Source: an uncultured Gammaproteobacteria bacterium
GTDB lineage: Bacteria; Patescibacteriota; Patescibacteriia; Patescibacteriales; UBA12465
Assembly (NCBI GenBank): GCA_964355275.1
Contig: CAYHCB010000002.1
Coordinates: 6,639 to 70,638, forward strand
DNA: 64,000 nucleotides
Direction: 5' to 3'
A program made the translations under genes and the position numbers. The notes beneath the pieces are model-generated. The model saw nothing but the letters and a program-made list of their open reading frames with translations. It had not been told where the DNA came from and did no database searches. This document shows, one piece after another, positions 54,778 through 61,768 of the stretch (positions are counted from its first letter, which is position 1; every line of letters begins with the position of its first letter).

Positions 54778-55998
54778 TTATCTTTTTAAACGAACATAAT
54801 TATCAAATAATATAGCCGTTCTAAAAAGCTGAGAATGAAGACATAGCTTTTTATCCTCATCACTTTTTATAGCTCCCGTCTTTAATAATTTTGGAATATA
54901 TTGGTATGTGTTTTTGCCTATTTTTGTGTTCAAGTCCTTCTTTGATACTGGTCCACTTGCTTGAGCTAATTCTAGTAAAATTTTATCACCCACCGTTAGT
55001 GGTTTTCCAAAAGAATACATTGCAGAAAATTCTTTTGACTTTAAACTTAATACAGCATCAAGCGTGGCATCATCCCAATCGGCTTGGTCTACATTTCCAT
55101 CATTATCAGAATTAATTAAGTGATGTCCAATTATTTGTATAGAATGAGGATAACCTCCTGCAACAGAGATATTTTTATTCATAGCTTCTTCATCCCATTT
55201 TATTCCTGTCATTTCAAACCCCTTTTTTAAAACTTCTTTCGCCTCGTCCTCTGGCATAACACCTAGACTTATCAAATCAAAAGTTCTCCTTGACGAAGAA
55301 TCTTTTGAAAAAAACTTTTCCATATCTTCATTATACCCAACCAGTATAAAAGATATTTTTCCTTTATTATCAACATCTAGCGTGGTTATTATGTTTCTTA
55401 GAATTGATGCAGATGAAGCAATATCAGCTAGATTATTCATTTCATCAATTATAATAAGAATGCCATCTTTATTTTTTTCTGATTTTTTTGGATTTTCTTC
55501 GCTTATAGCGCTTATTAAATTAGAAAGTATGCCAACCGTTTGGTCTTTTATGGTTATCTCTTTTTGTATATTATTTTTTCCAGCCTCAACACCTAAATTA
55601 AAACCATAAGCACCTATTTCAAACTTTCCATTATTAAAAAGCGCACCCAATTTGCCACCTATTTCAGATATCAAGTTTTTATCCATACTGTCTGCAACCT
55701 TATTAACACTTTCCTGCAGAACACTTCCTATTTCTTGCCCCTTTTCAACAGCGTAATAAGAAGTTAATAAATCCAAATTATATAAATCTCCATCATTTAA
55801 AGAAGCTACGGATTTTATTAATTTAACCAACGCCGTTTTTCCTATACCTCTTTCTCCATATATAAAGAAACTCGATGGCATATTTAGTTTTATCGATGCT
55901 AACTTTTTACAAATTTCACCTACTTGGTTTATTCTTCCGGCAAATAAATTTGTTCCAACAACCGAATTAGGATTGAAAGGATTACTTTTTGCAAACAT
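54778..55998 (-). CDS. Element cargo: STAND/ORC-Cdc6-like P-loop NTPase (AAA_16 / archaeal-ATPase-like) with a C-terminal winged-helix-like region (406 aa)
   Basis: FAGRINQVGEI...FFIYGERGIGKTALV (Walker A), ILIIIDEMNNL (Walker B), AGGYPHSIQIIGHHL (GxP-type motif of STAND helical domains), C-terminal SGPVSKKDLNTKIGKNTYQYIPKLLKTGAI (wHTH-like). Confidence 0.6.
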   Translation of the reverse strand: MFAKSNPFNPNSVVGTNLFAGRINQVGEICKKLASIKLNMPSSFFIYGERGIGKTALVKLIKSVASLNDGDLYNLDLLTSYYAVEKGQEIGSVLQESVNKVADSMDKNLISEIGGKLGALFNNGKFEIGAYGFNLGVEAGKNNIQKEITIKDQTVGILSNLISAISEENPKKSEKNKDGILIIIDEMNNLADIASSASILRNIITTLDVDNKGKISFILVGYNEDMEKFFSKDSSSRRTFDLISLGVMPEDEAKEVLKKGFEMTGIKWDEEAMNKNISVAGGYPHSIQIIGHHLINSDNDGNVDQADWDDATLDAVLSLKSKEFSAMYSFGKPLTVGDKILLELAQASGPVSKKDLNTKIGKNTYQYIPKLLKTGAIKSDEDKKLCLHSQLFRTAILFDNYVRLKR

Positions 55999-56090
55999 AT
56001 TTTTTTATATAAATTTTATTAATTATATATATTTCATATATATTACTATAATAATATATCAAAACAATATAAAAAACAATAAAAATGCAA

Positions 56091-56126
56091 ATATTTTGAC
56101 TAAATATTGCTAATAAGTCAAAATAT
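56091..56126. promoter_or_regulatory. Perfect 11-bp inverted repeat (candidate operator) in the element's divergent control region
   Basis: ATATTTTGACT-(14 nt)-AGTCAAAATAT, ending 7 nt before the ATG of ORF 56133. It lies in the 134-bp gap between divergent genes. Confidence 0.4.
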
Positions 56127-56132
56127 AGTCAT

Positions 56133-57071
56133 ATGGACAAAAAACTACTGAAAAGAGAGTTAATCGACTACAACCGTCAATTCAAACAAATGATGGGGAC
56201 TTTTGGCAGTTTTGAGATAGTTTATGATTATATAAACTTTATTACATCAGACTTATATCTAGCAGAAAAACTTCTTCCTACTGCCACTATACTTGAAAAA
56301 GAAGCTCAAAATCTAGAAGCTAGTAATATAGACCCAGATAACTTTTCTTTTGACATTTCTTCTCCAGAAGGCGTCAGCCAAATGCCAATTTTTAAAGATT
56401 TATATCTTGCTTGCCAAGAAAACATAAAAAGCAAAAAAGATATAGATTTAATGATTGCCCTCCCTGCTTACATCGCTGTCTTATCTCAAGCGGCTTTTAT
56501 GATAGAAGAGATAAAAGACAATCAAAAACTTGGCAATACTGAAGAAGTTAAAAAAATGATAGAAAATATTAAGATTAAATCTTTTTCGGTAGTTGATACA
56601 CCTATGTTAAATGGCGTTGAGAATAAAAAAAAGACCTATGGTCAGTACCTTGATGTAGCAATGGAGTTAGTAAACAAATTTTTAATTGATGAAATAGACT
56701 CAGAATCTTTACTGGAGAACGAAAAGCCTCAGGCTAATTTATCCTATAACTCAGATAATTGTTTGCTATACATAAATGGTAAAGAAATAAAAATAAAACT
56801 AAAAACAGTTAAACCAGTTGATGCTTTTATTTTAGACGCATTATTTTCCGACATTAATAATCTTGGAGAAGAAATGGATTTAAGTGAAGTTGCTAGTTAT
56901 TTTGATACTGAAGCCTCTTATAACAACTCAAACGATTATCAGCGATACCGACACGCTTGTGATAATTTAAATAAAAAAATAGCAAAGCAAACTGATAATA
57001 AAATAACTGACTTTATAGTGTACACAACCGGCAAGACTGGTTGGTGCAAAATCAATAAAAAATACCTGTAA
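56133..57071 (+). CDS. Element protein with a possible C-terminal OmpR/PhoB-like winged-helix DNA-binding domain (312 aa)
   Basis: The C-terminal about 100 aa (LLYINGKEIKIKLKTVKPVDAFILDALFS...YQRYRHACDNLNKKIAKQTDNKITDFIVYTTGKTGWCKIN) follows the trans_reg_C pattern (target...LT..E...L...; RLRKKl...; tvrG.GY.l). The N-terminal part is unassigned. Confidence 0.4.
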   Translation: MDKKLLKRELIDYNRQFKQMMGTFGSFEIVYDYINFITSDLYLAEKLLPTATILEKEAQNLEASNIDPDNFSFDISSPEGVSQMPIFKDLYLACQENIKSKKDIDLMIALPAYIAVLSQAAFMIEEIKDNQKLGNTEEVKKMIENIKIKSFSVVDTPMLNGVENKKKTYGQYLDVAMELVNKFLIDEIDSESLLENEKPQANLSYNSDNCLLYINGKEIKIKLKTVKPVDAFILDALFSDINNLGEEMDLSEVASYFDTEASYNNSNDYQRYRHACDNLNKKIAKQTDNKITDFIVYTTGKTGWCKINKKYL

Positions 57072-57090
57072 AAACAAGACTTCTTAAATA

Positions 57091-57127
57091 AAGAGCCTGC
57101 ACGCAAGATAGTGCAAGGCTCTTTTTG
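57091..57127 (+). terminator. Rho-independent terminator after ORF 56133
   Basis: aAGAGCCTGCACgcaagataGTGCAAGGCTCTtttt: stem of about 11 bp with a one-nt bulge, then a T-tract. Confidence 0.65.
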
Positions 57128-57139
57128 TATACTTTGGTC

Positions 57140-57283
57140 ATGATTCAATTTAGTCAAAACTTACTAGATGATGCCAAAGATTATTTTAGCTCATTATATG
57201 GTCGAGAAATAAGCAATGAAGAAGCTGAATCTTTTTTAATGTCGTTATTAAATTTCTACAATTCCCTTTCATCGGAGAATTAA
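57140..57283 (+). CDS. Possible small element ORF (47 aa)
   Basis: Hand-translated MIQFSQNLLDDAKDYFSSLYGREISNEEAESFLMSLLNFYNSLSSEN*. It fills the gap between the terminator and the GC-rich hairpin. No motif recognised. Confidence 0.25.
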   Translation: MIQFSQNLLDDAKDYFSSLYGREISNEEAESFLMSLLNFYNSLSSEN

Positions 57284-57286
57284 AGG

Positions 57287-57338
57287 CTTTTTTCTTTTTT
57301 GCGCCGTCTCGCGTAGCGAGGCGCGGAAAAGAAAAAGG
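57287..57338. other. GC-cored imperfect hairpin about 50 nt upstream of rep: candidate double-strand origin (nick site) of rolling-circle replication
   Basis: cttttttcttttttGCGCCgtcTCGCgtaGCGAGGCGCggaaaagaaaaagg. GC-rich core stem with a 3-nt bulge, extended by a pyrimidine/purine-tract stem. It is the most GC-rich stretch I noticed by eye in the element. Confidence 0.4.
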
Positions 57339-57390
57339 TTATCCTTGTTAAGAGAACTTCTAATTAGAACTAGAAACTAATAATAAATAT

Positions 57391-58338
57391 ATGAAACAAC
57401 AAGATAATAAATACCTATCCAATCGTAAACTGGTAAAATCTGGCTCATTACTTGAGATATATCAGTTTGGTCGGGATATTCATTTAGAGCGCAGAATCAG
57501 ACACATCAAAACCGAGGAAGAAATTGAAGAGGCCAAGAAATTCCCCAAACCCAAGGCTAGCCAGGAAGAAATATTGAAGTCTTCCGCTCGCCGAGCCAAA
57601 CGAATGATTAAACGGCTGATTATGGCTAACTGCTTTCTATGGTTTAAGGAAAAGGGTAAACCATACTTGCCGATTACTCTGACTTTAACATTCGCCGAGA
57701 ATATTACAGACCTCAAAAAAGCCAATTATGAATTTACTAAATTTATCAGACGGCTCAATTATGAAACTAATGGTATTGAAGGCAAAGACTTAAAACAAAG
57801 TAATTTAAAATATTTAGCGGTCTTTGAACTGCAAAAAAGAGGAGCGATTCATTATCATATGATATTTTTCAATCTGCCTTATATCAAAGATGTTTATCGG
57901 AAAATGTATAAGATATGGGGGCAAGGCCGAATTATGGTTGGCGGAAAAGATAAAAATTTTACAAAGGTCAAAAATCAGGCACAACTGCAAAAGATTATTT
58001 TCTATTTCATTAAATATATTCAAAAATCTGTCTTTGAAAATAACTGCCCTCGGCAAAAGAAATATATCGCCAGTAAAGGACTACTCAAACCGCAAGAAAA
58101 TTCTTTTGTTGAAGTCGTGTCGCTCGTGGAATCAAAACTGCCCTCGGAATCTTTGGTCTATAAATATGACGGCGAAACAGAATATAACCAGAGCGATATT
58201 AATGACACTATCGGCAAGCCAGTAAATTTCATGCGTTGGTTTAATTATCAGCAATATGACCTTTCTAATTTTCCCGAATTAGACGAAAACATCGCCGAGA
58301 TACTAACTGGCCATTCTTTGGACGATATTGATTTTTAA
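57391..58338 (+). CDS. HUH-superfamily rolling-circle replication initiator (Rep)
   Basis: Three canonical motifs in order: motif 1 PITLTLTF, motif 2 GAIHYHMIFF (HUH), motif 3 IIFYFIKYIQK (Y-x3-Y-x2-K, the two-tyrosine arrangement of phiX174 gpA). Confidence 0.8.
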   Translation: MKQQDNKYLSNRKLVKSGSLLEIYQFGRDIHLERRIRHIKTEEEIEEAKKFPKPKASQEEILKSSARRAKRMIKRLIMANCFLWFKEKGKPYLPITLTLTFAENITDLKKANYEFTKFIRRLNYETNGIEGKDLKQSNLKYLAVFELQKRGAIHYHMIFFNLPYIKDVYRKMYKIWGQGRIMVGGKDKNFTKVKNQAQLQKIIFYFIKYIQKSVFENNCPRQKKYIASKGLLKPQENSFVEVVSLVESKLPSESLVYKYDGETEYNQSDINDTIGKPVNFMRWFNYQQYDLSNFPELDENIAEILTGHSLDDIDF

Positions 58339-58362
58339 TCTGTTCTTTAGTATATTAATAGT

Positions 58363-58489
58363 ATTGACCTAACATAATAAACAGACATGCCCAGGGTATT
58401 TTTTTAACAAATACCTTTTGTCGCTCGAAATGGGCAGTTCTGCCAAACGATAAATTAACCTTTGGGCTAGTTTGTTATGTTGGGTCAAT
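58363..58489. other. 127-nt extended imperfect palindrome between rep and the recombinase gene: candidate single-strand origin or structured regulatory RNA
   Basis: Outer arms ATTGACCTAACATAATAAAC (58363-58382) and GTTTGTTATGTTGGGTCAAT (58470-58489) are complementary at 18/20. Inner pairings: GCCCA/TGGGC, GGTATTT/AAATACC, GGCA/TGCC. Confidence 0.4.
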
Positions 58490-58525
58490 CAGGACTGCCC
58501 TTTTTGATTATTAAATAATAATTAT

Positions 58526-60067
58526 ATGAACGACAAAAATGAAGCCACAATTAAATACGCCCTCTACTGCCGAAAGTCTACCGAAGACAGCAGTCGGCAA
58601 ATTCTTTCTTTAGATTCACAAGAGAAAGAAATGCTACAATTAGCCGATTCTTTAAATTTGAGCATTGACTACAAATTTAGAGAAAGTAAATCAGCTAAGA
58701 AACCAGATAACCGTCCGCAATTTTCCGAACTTATCAATTTGATCAAGCGAGGCAAAATTCAGGGCGTTATCTGTTGGAAGATTGACCGCTTATCTCGTAA
58801 TCCGATAGACTCGGCCACTATTCAATGGCTATTGCAACAGAATGAACTCAAAATTATTCAAACAATGGAAAGACAATATCTGCCTGGCGATAATGCTTTG
58901 CTCTTTAATGTAGAAAGCGGAATGGCTAATCAATATATTTTAGACTTATCAAAAAATGTTAAACGAGGGATAAGAGCTAAACTGGAAAAAGGCGGTTGGC
59001 CGAATCTGGCTCCTTTGGGATACTTAAACAAAGACAGTAAAATAATTATTGATAAGGCGAGAGGAAAATATATCGTTAAAATATTTGAGATGTATAAGAC
59101 TGGGAAATATAGCGTTAAAGAAATTGCTGATACTTTGTTTAAAGAGGGCTTTAGAAGTCGGGCGCATAATAAATATCATAAAAGTAAAATTCATAAAATG
59201 CTGTCCGATTCTTTCTACTGCGGAATAATGGAAAAGGACGGAGCTATCTATCAGGGTAATCATGAGCCGTTAATCTCTAAAAAACTATTTGACGAGGTGC
59301 AAGAAATGCTAACTAAAAAATCCCATATCAAAAAACAAAATATTCCTTTCGCTTTTAGAGGTATGTTGAGGTGTGCCAAGTGTGGTTGTCTGCTAACAGC
59401 CACCAAGAAAAAAGGCCGACTAACTTATTACTATTGTACTAACGGCAAGAATGTCTGCGAGGAGCATAAAGCCTATATCAAAGAGGAGAATTTATCGACC
59501 GAATTAAATAATGTTTTTGATAACTTAATCTTTGACGAAAAGGTCGTTAATCTCGTCTATCGGGCTAAACTCAAAGAAAGCGGTAATGTCTTGTCCTACT
59601 TGGAAGAGGCTATTCTCGGTCTTCAAAATAGGCTCAAAACGCTAGATGAACGCAAGAAAGTTCTGATAGACGGCTACTTGGATAAAGTTGTTTTAGAGGG
59701 CGACTATAAGGCCAAGAATCAGATAATAGAAAATGAGATAGTGTTAATTAATAAAGACCTGCAGGAGTTAGAAACTAAAAAATCTAGCCAAGATAATATT
59801 ACTTTGGAACGGATAAGAAATGCGTTTTTAGAGCCTAAAATAATGCAAAAAGAGTTTTTATTGCAAAAACCTGACGAACAGCGAAATACCCTAATTGATG
59901 TACTTTGGAACGCTAGCGTTGCCAACAAAAAAATCGCTAATATTTCTTTTAAAGAGCCATATAATGTCCTCTCTAAAATTGAAAATAAAAGCGATTTTGA
60001 TTCAGTGCGAAGAGGCGGGGATTCGAAGTTTATGCCCGAAGGGGTAAATCCTGGTCCCCGAGCATAA
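58526..60067 (+). CDS. Large serine recombinase (integrase)
   Basis: YALYCRKSTEDSSRQILSLDSQ (catalytic Ser region), ICWKIDRLSRN, recombinase domain, zinc ribbon LRCAKCGCLLTA...YYYCTNGKNVCEEH, C-terminal coiled coil. The last codons and the TAA lie inside the 21-bp attR repeat. Confidence 0.9.
   Translation: MNDKNEATIKYALYCRKSTEDSSRQILSLDSQEKEMLQLADSLNLSIDYKFRESKSAKKPDNRPQFSELINLIKRGKIQGVICWKIDRLSRNPIDSATIQWLLQQNELKIIQTMERQYLPGDNALLFNVESGMANQYILDLSKNVKRGIRAKLEKGGWPNLAPLGYLNKDSKIIIDKARGKYIVKIFEMYKTGKYSVKEIADTLFKEGFRSRAHNKYHKSKIHKMLSDSFYCGIMEKDGAIYQGNHEPLISKKLFDEVQEMLTKKSHIKKQNIPFAFRGMLRCAKCGCLLTATKKKGRLTYYYCTNGKNVCEEHKAYIKEENLSTELNNVFDNLIFDEKVVNLVYRAKLKESGNVLSYLEEAILGLQNRLKTLDERKKVLIDGYLDKVVLEGDYKAKNQIIENEIVLINKDLQELETKKSSQDNITLERIRNAFLEPKIMQKEFLLQKPDEQRNTLIDVLWNASVANKKIANISFKEPYNVLSKIENKSDFDSVRRGGDSKFMPEGVNPGPRA
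60047..60067 (+). repeat. attR: 21-bp direct repeat
   Basis: aatcctggtccccgagcataa is identical to 53802-53822. The preceding about 30 nt show only loose resemblance to the tRNA-Gln 3' half. Confidence 0.9.
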
Positions 60068-60068
60068 T

Positions 60069-60097
60069 TAAAAAATGAGCCGAAATGCTCATTTTTG
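60069..60097 (+). terminator. Rho-independent terminator immediately after attR
   Basis: aaaaaATGAGCcgaaatGCTCATtttt: 6-7-bp stem. It has the same A-tract / hairpin / T-tract-gtta layout as the sites at 53823 and 61468. Confidence 0.7.
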
Positions 60098-60229
60098 TTA
60101 GTTTATAAGTTTCAGAGTAGGTAGTTATATTTTTAGTATTTTAGTAAATAGGCTTATTTTATTGGATAAAATTAGTTCGAATACTTATCTTGTTTAATTA
60201 ATATTTATTTTCATATATAATCTAGATAT

Positions 60230-60991
60230 ATGAAAAAAATGTTTATAAAAAATAGAAAGAACCAAAATGTTTCTGTAATAGTAGAAAAAGCTAACAATCA
60301 AATTGGATTAGCTTTTGTTATGCACGGACTCGGAGATTCTAAGAATTCCGATCATATAAGAACTTTTGTTGACTGTTTTCTAGAAAATAATTATACGGTG
60401 GTTAGCTTTGATACAACTAATACTTTTGGGGAAAGTGATGGTATTTTTGAAGACGCTAATATCACTAATTATTATGAAGATTTTGAGGATGTGATAAATT
60501 GGACTAAAAAACAAGAATTTTTTCAAGAACCTTTTATTTTGTGTGGCCATAGTTTAGGAGCAATCTGTTCAGCTTTTTATGCTGAGAATAATCCAGAAGA
60601 AATAAAGGCTTTAGCCCCTTTCTCTACGGTTATTAATGCTGAATTTAGCAAACAAACATATAGTAAAGAAGATTTAATTGATTGGGAAAAAACTGGCTGG
60701 TTAACAGAAGATTGGGGCGCTCAAGGAAAAATTAGATTAAAGTGGTCATATATGGAGGAAAAAGAAAAATATGACTTATTAAAAGGAGTTAATAGTTTAA
60801 CTATGCCAGTCCTTATGATTGTTGGCGAGTTAGATAATTGCACTCTGCCGGAACAACAAAAAATATTATTTGATAAATTACCAGGAAAAAAGGAAATACA
60901 CATTATTAAAAAAGCGCCACATACTTTTAGAACTAAAAATCATTTGGATGAAATTTATAATATAATAGATAATTGGCTAAAGTCTTTATAA
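60230..60991 (+). CDS. Alpha/beta-fold hydrolase (253 aa)
   Basis: LAFVMHGLG (oxyanion HG), nucleophile elbow GHSLGA, late D and H (APHTF) consistent with a Ser-Asp-His triad. Confidence 0.72.
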   Translation: MKKMFIKNRKNQNVSVIVEKANNQIGLAFVMHGLGDSKNSDHIRTFVDCFLENNYTVVSFDTTNTFGESDGIFEDANITNYYEDFEDVINWTKKQEFFQEPFILCGHSLGAICSAFYAENNPEEIKALAPFSTVINAEFSKQTYSKEDLIDWEKTGWLTEDWGAQGKIRLKWSYMEEKEKYDLLKGVNSLTMPVLMIVGELDNCTLPEQQKILFDKLPGKKEIHIIKKAPHTFRTKNHLDEIYNIIDNWLKSL

Positions 60992-61033
60992 AATTAAAAA
61001 AGTTCCAATCCTATCTCAGTCTTCAAAAATATT

Positions 61034-61432
61034 ATGTCTCAAATAATTATAGCCTCCGGGCCGGTAATAGTAGAAAATAATAAAGTTTTATTAAATAAAG
61101 ACGAGAAAGATGATTTCTGGAAGTTTTGTGGTGGTCGAATCGAAGAAAACGACTTTAATTTAAAAGATACTGCTAAAAGAGAGGTTAATGAAGAAATGGG
61201 AATTAGGATAGAAATATCAAATAGTATTCCGTATTTCTTCTATACTGAAAAAGAGAAGGAGAAAACGGTTGTCAGCATAATATTAGTTCATTTTCTCGCT
61301 AAAAGAATTAGTGAAGTGTCTCCTAGTAAAGATACAAAAGAATGGTGTTGGATGGATTTAAACAGTTTAGATGGAGAAAATTTAGCCCCTAATGTAAAAC
61401 CAACGTTAAAATATTTTGGATTTTTAAAATAA
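61034..61432 (+). CDS. NUDIX hydrolase (132 aa)
   Basis: Nudix box GGRIEENDFNLKDTAKREVNEEMGI (GX5EX7REUXEEXGU with a one-residue insertion). Confidence 0.8.
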   Translation: MSQIIIASGPVIVENNKVLLNKDEKDDFWKFCGGRIEENDFNLKDTAKREVNEEMGIRIEISNSIPYFFYTEKEKEKTVVSIILVHFLAKRISEVSPSKDTKEWCWMDLNSLDGENLAPNVKPTLKYFGFLK

Positions 61433-61459
61433 AGTCGTTTAAAGCTTATTCTAATTTTT

Positions 61460-61506
61460 GAGCATAACAAAAAAAGAAGTAATTAGTTCCTTCTTTTTTT
61501 GTTATA
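61460..61506 (+). repeat. Third att-like site: partial copy of the tRNA-Gln 3' end / attL flank
   Basis: gagcataacaaaaaaa (61460-61475) is identical to 53815-53830. After a different hairpin (GAAGTAAttagTTCCTTC), tttttttgttata again matches 53848-53860. It lacks the aatcctggtcccc part. Confidence 0.55.
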
Positions 61507-61641
61507 CCATTTAAAGAGATGGAGTTTGAATTTTATGCCCAGGAGACAGATCTTGTTTTTTGATAAATCATTAAATAGATCTAATTTTAGGTAAATAAGC
61601 GAACATAATTAGGATTGAAGTGACTTAATTACCTTTATCTA

Positions 61642-61670
61642 TTGACATTATAACTAATTTGTGATATATT
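61642..61670 (+). promoter_or_regulatory. Near-consensus sigma70-type promoter upstream of ORF 61769
   Basis: TTGACA (61642-61647), 17-nt spacer ending TGa, TATATT (61665-61670). This would give a leader of about 95 nt. Confidence 0.45.
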
Positions 61671-61768
61671 TAAATATTCGTGTAAATTGGATGGCACGAT
61701 AAACGCTAGAGATAGCCAAGGGTTCTAAAAACCCCCAAATACATCCAGTTCCTTAAAAATTAATTATC

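Larger units (their letters stand above)
53802..60067. mobile_element. About 6.2-kb integrative element at tRNA-Gln: serine recombinase + HUH Rep + regulatory/ori structures + antisense NTPase/2-TM cargo
   Basis: Bounded by a perfect 21-bp direct repeat that reconstitutes the tRNA 3' end. The large serine recombinase gene abuts attR. Gene orientation and AT-richness break from the flanking plus-strand backbone. No homologues of housekeeping genes lie inside. Confidence 0.8.

Noticed and set aside
60010-60046. tRNA-like sequence (gcggggattcgaag...) just left of attR, possibly a second tRNA or a long tRNA-derived homology arm.
   Set aside because: It does not fold into a T-arm or acceptor structure, and its identity to the tRNA-Gln 3' half is only patchy outside the 21-bp repeat. 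It is coding sequence for the recombinase C-terminus.
61515-61545. gagtttgaattttatgcccaggag resembles gattcgaagtttatgcccgaagg at 60019-60041, a possible remnant of a second recombinase 3' end.
   Set aside because: The similarity is short and gapped, the frames do not correspond, and no recombinase-like coding sequence precedes it.
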